Positions 52,295 to 64,000 of a stretch of DNA of 64,000 nucleotides are shown one piece after another. Numbering within the stretch: position 1 is the stretch's first letter; each line of letters opens with the position of its first letter. This DNA comes from Octopus vulgaris (Eukaryota), in the NCBI GenBank assembly GCA_951406725.2, contig OX597830.1, positions 45,322,001-45,386,000 of the forward strand, read 5' to 3'. The notes below the pieces were generated by a model. That model saw nothing but the letters and a program-made list of their open reading frames with translations, ran no database searches and was not told the DNA's origin. A program made the translations under genes and the position numbers.

Positions 52295-55200
52295 TATATA
52301 ACACTATGAACATGCGTATATAGTGTGGGTGGCGAGAACATGATACTTCAGGGAAATTAGTTTTAATCGTGTTCCCAGAGAAAATAACACCCATTTTTTT
52401 CTTGAATGGAACTCTCTCCAGACGACTTTTGTGATCTTCAGAATTGAATTTTTATTATTGAGAGTGTAATGCATAATCACCCTACCCACCCCAAATACTC
52501 CCCTTATATAACATCCTATACATTGACCCTTAAATGCAATTGTTTTCTTTTTTATTGTTGTTGTTCGTCATCGCAATAAGAGACTCTTGTTATTTGCCTC
52601 TACATTTAACATGTTTCAGTCTCATTGGTAGGTTCTAAACATCACTGAACACACTTATCCATTGTTAAGAATTAGATTTAACCTTCCCGATCTGTTTCGT
52701 AATATTAGAAACTTGTAAAAGATTGTCTCACGTTAGAACAATTCTACATATTTATGGTGGTCTGAATTGTATAAGCTTGCTATTTTATATTGCTAATTGT
52801 ATATCTAGTCTCGTCTCTTGCATAGCTTCAACGCGTCACACTTCAACCAAGATCACTTTGCCAATAGTATTACTAGAACTTTCGTTTTTTTTTTTGTTCA
52901 TGTCACACTAACAAATCAGACAATAATTTAGTGAAACTTCATATATTTGTATTGCAATCAAGTCTTACTTTTGGAATAAAAGCTTACTTCTACTGGTTAT
53001 TTTCCAACTTTCTATAAAGCTCAAATAGAACTCACAATGGAATACAAACCGCTACCCGTGAATTGCACTGCTACCAGATAAAAACTCACTCACCAACACC
53101 CTTTATAAATACTTGCCAACGGATTTGCTATTTCTCTTCTATCTATTCTTCTTCTGCTACTATTACTACTCATTTAAGATATCAAGTTGTAAACTCCCCT
53201 AACCTACCATCTCACTTCCACTTGTCTTCCCACACAAATGCCACCATTCCTCCTTTCCTAGTGTTGCAACCCCCTGGAGTTCCCTTCTCATCTCACGTTT
53301 AGTAGTGCAGACGCCAAACTGGAAATGCTTAAACTGAACATCAAAACACTAGTCTAGTGAGAACCTTAAAGTTCATGATCAATGCGTCTCTTTCTCTAGC
53401 AAAATATTTCTTCGAGAATGAAATTCATCACGAAATCAATAATAAATCATTTCTAACAGAAATAAGCGATTTAATCGCCATCATAACTTAAATGTTCCTT
53501 TATTTCAGAGCCTCGGAAAGATAAAAGACAAAATTGGTCTCATCGGGATATGAACTCAGAATGTAAAGAGCTGTAAATATCGCAAGGTGTTTCCTACGCT
53601 TTAACGATTCTACCTGTCCACCTGTCTAACGAAATCTATGACGAGGTAAGAAAACAACCAAATTGATTACTCTGTTACTGGATCGATACGAAATTGGCTC
53701 TTTCATATCACTGTTTCTAGACCTAACCTTCTTCATATTCCTCAATTCAGATATTGCCATTTTAACTGTATCATCTGCATTTCAACTCCTTGTTGACCAT
53801 CTCAGCTAATAATAATTCATGATTTTTTACTCCATATCAAAACATTAAAATTACTTACAAGCTAAATTTTCAAATGTTGTGTCATATGTTGGCACAACGC
53901 CAGTAATTTTAGGGGAGGGAGTTAATCGATAATATCAATCCCAGTTACTTAGCTGGTACTTATTTCAAAATGCTTTGAAATATATAAATATATCAGTCTA
54001 CTATTCCAAGGAAAGTCGACGGTTTCAAAGAAGAGCCGTTGCAAAATAGTTTCCACATAATATTTCCATTGTTCATCAGTTGTTTTTTCTTTCTGAATTA
54101 CGACCATGCTGGAGCATCGACATAAGATTTTTTTTTTGTCGATTTTATCGATCAGTAATTTTTCTGCTATTTATTTTAATGAATGATGTAACTGAATGAC
54201 ATACTTGAAACGAAATACAGTGCAGGATTTTTCTTTTCGTCGATATACAAATGCGACCATCCTAAGGACTTCTACCGAATTTCCGATGACTAAATTTTAT
54301 TATTATGCGACCCGAATCTATTATAAAAAATACGTACCTAAAGTATCTTGCAGCAAGATCGACCTCGGAACCAGACAGTTGCAAATCAAACTTGAAACCT
54401 CATGACCATACTTACTGTCTTCTCCCATAAATACATTTTCTACACCGATTATTTATACAACTGGCTGGGGGGGGGGGGCTAGTAAATATAACAAAGAGGA
54501 TGTCAGGCTAAAAAGAAATCCGTTAAAGCCATATTCTGAAGAGAGACAAAATGAATATTTAATGATACAACAAAGAGGTTACGAGGTTAGAGAGAGAACT
54601 GCTACCTCAATAACTTGCCGAACAAAAGCTGTTTAGAAATAAACTGTAATGTAAGTAATGTTGCTGTTAAGATTGACAATGAAATAGTTTAAGTTGATAA
54701 CGAGTTTTACGTCATAACAATTATGTCTGCTTGTAAATATGTGCATTTATGGGTTCAAATGAATAAATATGTGTAAGTGGAAGTGTTCGCGTGTCGTGGT
54801 GGTAGTCGTAAATATTTGTTCGTATGTTTGAGCACGCACGCAATTCCTGTGTATCTGTGAGGAAAATATATTATTAATTCGACACGGTAACCACAAACTC
54901 GGTACATAAAATGATTGATAATTTGTTGAGTATGTGTGCCACGTACGAAATACGAAAATTGCTTTAGAAAACAGAACAAACTTCAAAATATTTCATGGTT
55001 TAGAGATCAAAGAAATATTTGGAATAATATTGCCATTATGTTTTACTTGTAATTATAACGGTCTTTTCTCTCTCTCTATTTTTTCCTTTATCTTTTTTTT
55101 GGGGGGGAGGGTGGTAATAAAAGAATGGGAAAAGGTAATGATACCAAAGAACTGTTACCCGTAGCTGTATAAAGAAATGATCTTTGATGTCCATGCTATA

Positions 55201-57444
55201 ACAAAGTTCCGGAAATATATATAAAAGTGTCTACCGTTTATGCATATTTATCTATGTTTTGTACAGGGGGGACGCAGAAAATGTATGATACTCATACGTT
55301 GAATATATGTGAATAAATACATATATTGAACGTGTGCGGAAGTATAAAACTTGTGGCTTTAATTTTACCGAAAAGTAATGGCGCTCGACAGCTAAAAGAC
55401 AAAATAGTTGTAGTTCAGTGACGGTGGATTTGTAGAATCAGTAGAAAGACAGAAAAGTACCTTGCGACATTTAGTTGTGTTGCTTATATTTCTGAGATCA
55501 AATCCTGCTAAGGCCAATTTTTTCATCCTTCTCAGGTTCTGGCGGTAGTGAGTCATTCTAATCAGCTACAGTCCTTCCATCACATTTGAGGCCCTTGTGC
55601 CTACGTAAAGAAAATATCCTGGCCGTCACTGGCAAGCGAGTATAACGTGAAAACGTCGTACTTCGGCAAAGCGTTTTAGTGCTTATTTAGGGGACACTGT
55701 TTTGACCCCCATAACATTTGACCAAGCGGAAAATCGAAGATGTGATAGCTGAAGAGATAAAAATTCCTACATACGCCTAGTTGATATGCAGTGATGCAAT
55801 GAGAAATGAAGAACCTTGCTCAAGGACACAACGCGGCACATGAGTCAGGAGTCGAACTGACGACCTTACGATCATGAGCCTTAAGTAGTGTTATTTTTTG
55901 ACAGAAATGGTAAATACTGAATACCTTAAGATCTTCATAATTATGGTCCTTCATGTTTCTGGTTCAAATTCGCCGAGGGTGGGGGCTCGATAAAATACGT
56001 ACCAGTTGAGCACTTGGATCGACGTACTCGTCTTACCTCCTCCTCCCACGAAATTGCTAGCCTTGTGCCACAATTTTAAATTAATATTATCCGGTGTTTT
56101 GTAGAAAACACTTCAGTAAATTTTGAAAGCGAATGGTTGCGTTCAAAAATGATCTTGAATCGAATTTACGATTTTCTTCCCATACAAGTGTTGTAAAATA
56201 TAAATAATTAAATTTTGGCGAGGAAAAATTACCCCAAAACCTTAGAAATTTGAAGAGTTTGCTTTTGAATTTACAGAACAAAAACAAAATATGATTTTGT
56301 GTCGTCGACTAAAGACAATTCTGAGTTCAGACCTCCAAAATACTCCCTCCGTTCCTCCGTTCTATTCAGGTTCCTGTCAAGTCACTCTTGAGTATTCTGA
56401 TATAACAACTTAACAACGACATCACAGATATCATCGTCATAATAGTTCCTGATTTAAATTCTCGTCATTGCAAAAATATTTAAACATTTTAAGATACTAA
56501 ATCTTTCTTTTAGACGCATGATGCCATTCGTAAGATGGTGTCTTTATGCAAATAGAACAATGATATTACTAATATTTTTTGTGTCTCATTATAGTATTTG
56601 CTGCTTCGACATAAACGATTTAATCCCTTCCCCAGAATTGCTAGCCTTGAGCCAAAATTAGAAACCATTCTCTGTTGAAGATGAAGATTTGTAAACGGAT
56701 TTCCTAAAATAAGTAATGAATCTGAATTCCATTCCGTTTTACATAAATAATTCTGCATTTCCCAATGCATTCTATAATGATACATTTGGAAACATCCATA
56801 TCTGACCAAAATAAACAGTCTTCCCAGCAAAAGAAAATCAGTATTTGAGAAGTCTAACGCTATCCATCATTCTTTGATTTTGAAATAAATATAACAAGTT
56901 TCTCTTTTTCACAAACTACACACATGTCATTTTGTGGTATTTGAAGATGTGCTTGGTTAAGATCTTCCCAAAATAGAAAGAAAATTAAATCGTTTGTGCC
57001 TAAACCAACACTAGAATATCTTCTGCTCTCGAGGATTTCAGCAAAGAATGTAAAGAGACTTAATTAACAAAAAGATAGTTTGTCCGGCGTTCTGCAATCT
57101 TGTCATTCTCTTCGAGAGATAAGATGTGCATTGTGTAATTTTCTGGGAATTCTTCCATTGAGAAACTGTCAAAATGTCTAATAAATAACAACATTTACAG
57201 AAATAATTACCATTTGCCTTATAAAAAATAGATGGAGTCGTCTTGGATCAAAGAAATTTGTTGGGTGATGACAGGAAGAAAATAAATTGTATAATTTAAG
57301 AGATTGAAATTAGAAATGTACTCTACCTGTCAGAATCGATAGAGTGACGGACAACATAAATTCTTCTTCGTGTAGAAGCTAATAAAATAAAGTACCAGTT
57401 AATAACAGGCTCGACTATACCGCTCACACACACACAAAACAGTT

Positions 57445-58055
57445 TTTGTTTGACCGTCCTCCTGGACGCTTCAATGATGTCACGTGAGCACGCCATCCAT
57501 CACGGTCCTTCATGCATGTTCTTAATTTGTCAACGTTTACCATTCCACTGTCCTGAAGCAAGTTGTCCACATAGATTAGACATTTTCTTCCCCTGTTCAT
57601 TCTTCCTTCAACTGCCTAACATTTGACCAGTTGACACAGGTTCTTCTGGGTGCTTGCCGCAATGACTTGCAATTTTCATTCTTTGATGAATCTTCTCAGC
57701 CACTTTGCGTAGATCTTGATAAAACTGCTCGCTGGTTAAATGAACTCTCCATATAACATTCAGAGCCATCCTTAATATTCTTGTGTAGCAGCCGTTTATT
57801 TTTTTTTAATTCAGATCCCGAGCAACCAAATCACCTCTTTGTGCAAGAAACGGAAAAGAATTTAAGGAAGTTAGTAACTTCAAGTATTTGGTGCTTGGAT
57901 GGAAAATAGTAAAAAGAACCTTGCTATACGGAAAGTACTTGCTTGGAGTGTGTGTCACAAACTGTAAAATTTGAAGTTCTAAGATGGCACGTAAATTGAG
58001 TCGGTTTTGTATTATGGTACTGAAACTTGGACCCTCAACAAAAAGCTTGAAAAAA
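57445..58055 (-). mobile_element. RTE-clade LINE 3' fragment with 5' inversion
   Basis: Plus strand about 57845-58055 encodes EVSNFKYL..WMENS...IRKVLAWSVCHKL...ESVLYYGTETWTLNKKLEK. Minus strand from about 57800 continues INGCYTRILRMALNVIWRVHLTSEQFY...MKDRDGW. Confidence 0.8.
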
Positions 58056-59934
58056 ATGAAAAACAAATTATTGATTATGCCAAAAATCGATATCAAACAA
58101 CATTGTATTTGATGCTTGTAAAGTAAGAAGATAACTAAAAAGCGAAATCTCGATCCGGTTTCAATCCTGTCTTGAAGCGATTTCCTGTCATTTGGCCGCT
58201 AATGATTTTGGAAAAGCGTGAACGTTATAGAAAGTTTATTATCTGCAAATTTAGAGCCTAAAGTCTACCAACAGTTACTTATATTTAATAATATCTATTC
58301 AGAATAACTTACACACACATGTATTCACGCACACACACATACACACACACACACACAGATATAGTTCGTATGTAAAACGGATTAACTCATCTGTTTTGGT
58401 AATCTTGTGAAGATTTCAGTTATTTTTATTAGTTGTGAGAGTGTGTGGAGAAATGACCAAACCATGCGAAGAAGAGTAGCTCTTTTAAGCTACAGGAACA
58501 CAGAGAATGCTGGACGGAAAAGAAGCAGCTAAAATTTGGTTTGAATATTTCTAACAATGGATTCCGCTAAAGTTACCCAAGAAATAAGCTTCAGATGCTG
58601 GTTGAAAGAATTGGTAAATCTCACACTCAAGAACAGAAATGTCCTTACCAACAGAATTCTACTCAGTTCTTGCTTACCAATTTCCATTCACAAGATTTTG
58701 GTCGACTCTGAGTGCTAGTAGGATTCACTTGTCCAAAGTGTCGGGCAGTGTGATTAACCTTAAAGTGACATAGTTACGAAGCAAGCTTCTTAAACACTGC
58801 CATGTTATCAGTTTTTTAATAGGATAAGTTTATAGTTTCTGTTTTTGCATTTATTTTGTTTTCAATAACAAAGACAACGTTCTCTCATTATTTCAAAGAC
58901 AACGTTGTTATTTCGCTAACATAAAACCCCTTTCTTCAAGACTTCTGCTAATAAAGTACGCATTCCGAAATAGTTTAATGAGAATATAAACATAATTCTA
59001 ATTGCAGTTAGGTTTCATTGTAGTAAAACTGTGGAAATAGTTACAAAATATACGAAGAATATTTTCTATTTAGTACTTCTTTTTACAAATTAAATCTTAC
59101 GTTTCTAGTTGCAGATTAATCTTTGGGAAAATGAGTTCATTAAATTATTCAGTTAAGACTTCAAGGTGATACTTCATTGCTATTATAGAGGGATTTTTCA
59201 ATATGTTCCACTGTTCATCACCACCATCATCACTACCACCGCTACCATCATCATCATCATCGTTTGCGTCATTGCATCATTAGTGCCTTCATTAGTGACC
59301 CACTAACATGTTTGTTTTCAACAACACTTACATTTGCGCTGTTACTAGAGGCTCCATTATTGATATTGAATTTCTCTGCACACGGTTACATTAAACGTGA
59401 TATTGCACACATGGAAAGGTATTTAGCGGTGAGTACATAACGCAACCAATCTGCAGAATAATATTCTTGTGAAGTAATATGTAGAACTGAGATTACACCG
59501 ACTCATGACGTAGTTTCTCTTCTATAATAGAATCATGGAGTTATGTTGCTAAGAAAATATTTTTTGTTTTAAATAAGAAAAATAACTCAAGCGATCCGAT
59601 GCCAGAAATTTAGAAAAGCCAGGCCAGTATGATGTTCTTAATAACAAATAATAGAAATTCACAGTTCATTGGAATTTTTCTTCGTAGGGAGGAATCCAGT
59701 GATAATTGTTAAGGATTCTCAAAGAAAGGGGAGATAATTTCATGAAATTAAAAATTAATTTCACAAAGCTAATCAAATAATTAATTAACATTTAAATGGT
59801 TCTAGGACAAGATGTGTTGGATCCATTTTCATTCTGGTAAGCAATTAAATATTATCTTGCAAGTTTTATTTAACACAAAGATGTTTAAATTCTATTTCCC
59901 CAAATTTATTAAACTGGCCATTAAAAAAATATCA

Positions 59935-60337
59935 GGTGCAGGAGTGGCTGTGTGATAAGAAGCATGCTCCCCAACCACATGGTTCCGGGTTCAGTCCCAC
60001 TGCGTGGCACCTTGGGCAAGTGTCTTCTGCTATAGCCTCAGGCCGACCAAAGCCTTGTGAGTAGATTTGGTAGACGGAAACTGAAATAAGCCCGTCATTT
60101 GACTGTATTTATGTGTGTGTTTGCTATTTGTGTCTGTGTTTGTCCCCCCAACATCGCTTGGCAACCGATGCAGGTGTTTCTACGTCCCCGCCACTTAACG
60201 GTTCGGCAAAAAGAGACTGATAGAATAATTACTAGTCTTACAAAGACTAAGTTCTGGGATCGATTTTATTCGACTGAAGGTGGTGTTCCAGCATGACCGC
60301 AGTCAAATGACTGAAACAAGTAAAAGAGTAAAGAGTA
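59935..60337 (+). mobile_element. SINE family A copy (more diverged)
   Basis: Same head, CORE-like body and gtaaaagagtaaagagta tail as 648-1086. Confidence 0.9.
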
Positions 60338-60913
60338 AAAAACATTCAACAAAGTTTTCTCAAACTTTGAAACAACGATTTCTTCTGAGAGTTTCTCCAA
60401 CTTCATCCATTTTGGAATATAAAAGGAATTCTAATTCATTTTCATCAATTTATCCTTTGTGCAACTCATGACTACATCAATAGTTGATCTGGGTTTTAGC
60501 AGCAGCAAAGACGGTGCTTTCGGACTAATAGCCGTTTACGCCGCTGCTGGTGATAAAGAGTCCAGATTTCTTTAGGCGTCCACAATCATTCTTAGAAACA
60601 TTCTAGCTATTAGCGTTAGTAAGAGAATAGAATGGCATCTTGGACGCATGTGGGGTTCTGTGAGAATAACCGAGAGGGGAGGTGAAGTAAAAGGAATGCC
60701 ACTCAAAGCTGCTCAAATAGTAGCTTTCGACAGGTAACGATTGGATTTCGCGAATGTTCCAATGTGGACTTGGATAAATCGTATTGAATCACCCAGGTTG
60801 TATCTAGAGAGAGGATTTATTAGATGCAGGGTTGTCACAATTTCGGATAGTAAGCAACAGGAACTGCAAGGTTAACATAGATATCATTTCAAATTTTAAG
60901 GGATTTTGTTTTA

Positions 60914-60952
<39 letters not shown>

Positions 60953-61232
60953 TCTTCTTTCAATTCTGTTTCCTTCTCTTGCCGAGTGTCTTCCTGTCAC
61001 CTAGGGCAGAGAAACGCACTGTATACATTGGTAGGCCACTAAAATAAAGGCACCAAATTATCCATTTACAAAGTCGTGATAGAGAAAAGGGGGAAGAAAG
61101 ACAAGGAAAAAAATTAAAAAGTAAACAAAAAAAAAGTGAGAAAAGGGGAAATAATTCACAGCGACAATGATCTTCTCAATACGTGTGATGTACCATGTTT
61201 ATTATTATTATTGTTGTTGTTGTTGTTGTTAT

Positions 61233-61997
61233 TGAGTGAGAGAGCAGCACACTCCTTCAAAGTGACGCTGGGGTACAAATATATAAAGCCCAATACACCC
61301 CTCATGACCACTCGTCTGATAAAGGTACACTAGGCACATGCATTACAGTCATATGTGTGTGACATGGTGACCCTATATCAAGATAAACAGTGCATGACCT
61401 TGCAGGTAGGGCCCAGTTATAATTTTCCTAAGGAAGAGCAACCCTTCCACTCAAAAGGTCCTTGAATAAAGGTTGTTTAAGGATGATGAACGAAAGACCC
61501 ATGTTTCCACAGATGAATTCTTCAAATCCCAAAAATCTCTCTCAACACATAGCTACGATGTTCCCCCGTTACACATAAGAAATGCACATTTTGTCACCTT
61601 TTAAGGTTTATATCCAACTGGTTTTAGATCAAGCACTCACAAGCTCTTAAAATTGGTAACGCAATTGTCAAAGGAGGTATGGTGCAGTCTTTTTTTGCAT
61701 TGCTACTTGTGTTGAGCGTTAAGTATGTAATGCATTGGTTATCTAGCTTGCTGATGGGAGTTTATTTCACTGGATAATGGCTGTATAGAGCATGTCTTGT
61801 ATTTGTGGGTTGTTCTGTTTAGGTTGTATTATTGAATTGATAGTAGCTTGCGTAGGACGTGGACTGTTTCTAGCAGGGTTATTTTTTGGATAGTGTGTAG
61901 TGTTGAGGATCCAGGTATAGCTTCTACGTTTTTGTTCATATGTTTTTTTTATCATGCCCAATGCTCCGATTATTATTGGTATTGTTTTCACCTTCAT
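61233..61997 (-). mobile_element. R4/Dong-type LINE 3' end with about 600-nt 3'UTR, in (TAA/CAA)n
   Basis: ORF end MKVKTIPIIIGALGMIKK...QKITLLETVHVLRK followed by a UTR homologous to 9770-10088 and 14105-14343. Trinucleotide repeats on both flanks. Confidence 0.8.
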
Positions 61998-64000
61998 TAT
62001 TATTATTGTTGTTGTTGTTGTTTTACCTTACCAAAGTCAACTTTATCCTTCATCTTTTTGGGGCTGATAATTAAGTACCACTCAAGAATTATGGTAGATT
62101 CTTCTTCTTCCTCTGTCATTCTCACCTTCTCTTCTACTTCTCTCTCTCCCATTCTCTTTCACTTTCTCAGAGGTGGTTGAAGGCAACAAGAGGGTGTCTC
62201 TTAATAATTTCTAAAGTAAGGCAACAAGAAACCACTACATTTCATGACAACCACACAACACCTTTCAAGGAAGCCACCAACTGTCGTTTGTTGACTTGTC
62301 GGATCAAGAAAGGAAATATCTCTAACGAGTTCGATAATTTTAGTTTTGTTGTTGTGTGTATGTGTGTATGCGTGAAAATATGTGTGTGTAAACATATGTG
62401 TGTGTAAATATGTGTGTGTGTAAATGTGTGTGTGTGTAAACGTGTGTGTGTAAATGAGTGTAAATATGTGGTGGGGTGTACCGCATGCCATCCTATGAAA
62501 AGATGTAGTGTTTATGTTGTATTGACCAACTTGAAAGATGGTAAGCTATAATATAGCTCAACATGGTCAACTAGGGAAAGAAATCATGCATATTGGCTCT
62601 GGATAGATTACAAATGGTTGGCAATGTGTCGTAAACTGTTGTCGTGCTTGATTTCATGTTATAATCGATCTAAAACCTTGACATTACGTTTCTAAACTAG
62701 CAACGATTTGTTGTTACGTGAATTGTTCGAGACAGAAATAGACTTCAGCTGTGTGTAGATGCTTACTTTAAATGATAGCATTGAAAATATACCTGTGCCT
62801 TCTTTCTACATTTTTAATTATCTATTTTCATTTATTTATATATTTTCTTTTAATCATTTCCAGATTCCAGACTCAATACTTCATCACTCGCAAACACGTG
62901 ATCAAAACAGAAATAGAACAATAAATTGGTTAGTCATAATTAACAGAGTGTGTTAGTACAAGTTGCTGCTTCTACTTGTTCTATCCAACCTATATCACAA
63001 TAAGAAACGTTTTACAAAGAAAGAAAAGAAAGCGCCAAAGAATGTATTTATATCGTCAGCAAAAACCGTTCAACATTCCCGACATTATTTTACTACTGTC
63101 AACACTAGTCTCTGTTTTTCACTCTTTGTATTCATTTTCTAAAACTCATCGTCTTCCAATTGTAATTCAACAGAACTCTTGTTTTATTTTTCTAACTGTA
63201 CTCCCATCTACTACTTTATTATTTTTTTTATTCCTATTCCATTTTTTCTGCCTCATCTTTTTTTTTTTTCTTTCTCATTTCAAATATTCATCGTTATCTT
63301 CATCCTTTCTGTCGTTCGTTATTATTTACTAGTTCTCGTTTTGCTACTAAATATAACTAACCAAACAAAGCCCAACAAATGATGATACCACTTTGCATTA
63401 ATGCAACTGACAGCCGAAAAATATCTTAATTAATCAAATATTAAAAGGAGGAAACTTCTATTGGATTGCTGCATCTAATAGAAATAGCAATTAAATTCCT
63501 CTCAAGTTACGCTTGAACGTTTTAACTAAAGAAGGGCATATTGAAAAATATAGTCCTTGGTATACAAAAACACATGTTCAGAAATCACTTGATTATACGT
63601 GATCCTGGTTATGGGGCTTAAATAGCAACATTGCAGCTACGTTGACCTCCAGAAATGATTCTATGTCATTCATTCAACTCTTTTGGTCTTTTTATGTAAT
63701 TTATCCGTAATTGTACTCGAAATAAAGACCTCTGTATTCAAACACACACACACACACACATACACACACATACATACAAGCATACATACATATACACACA
63801 GACATTGTCTCACACAAACGCACATGAGCACACGCACACGCGCGCACACGCACACACACACACACACTCTCAAATTCCCTTTCGGTCCGATACTTCAGAA
63901 CTAAATAAAATTATTTCTTTCCATCCGTCATTTCCATAAACTTACGAACGTTGCAAGTTCTTCAAATGCACAATAGAATCACTGTGTCACATTTCTTTTT

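Noticed and set aside
61390-61460. Possible HDV-like ribozyme in the LINE UTR repeat
   Set aside because: I could not assemble the nested double pseudoknot by eye, and the sequence is a 3'UTR rather than a 5' end.

Overview
AT-rich, microsatellite- and transposon-dense animal genomic DNA. It is probably from an octopus or other coleoid cephalopod, inferred from the SINE families and repeat landscape and not confirmed by a search. The one convincing host coding sequence is a minus-strand exon (ATG 3647, donor after 3120). It encodes a signal peptide plus a domain resembling the CpcT/CpeT (T-type phycobiliprotein/bilin lyase, CRUMPLED LEAF-like) beta-barrel, a family best known from cyanobacteria and plastids. 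A phase-compatible chain of unidentified minus-strand exon candidates lies just upstream (7458-5390). The rest is mostly mobile DNA: three decayed mariners, two mariner-type MITEs, two non-autonomous Helitrons, and several R4/Dong-type LINE 3' fragments in (TAA)n arrays. There are also Penelope-like remnants with hammerhead-ribozyme motifs, RTE, Tx1-like and other LINE remnants (one with a twin-priming-type inversion), at least four SINE families and long simple repeats. Most ORFs in the supplied track are microsatellite artefacts. All homology calls come from motif recognition by eye; no database searches were run.
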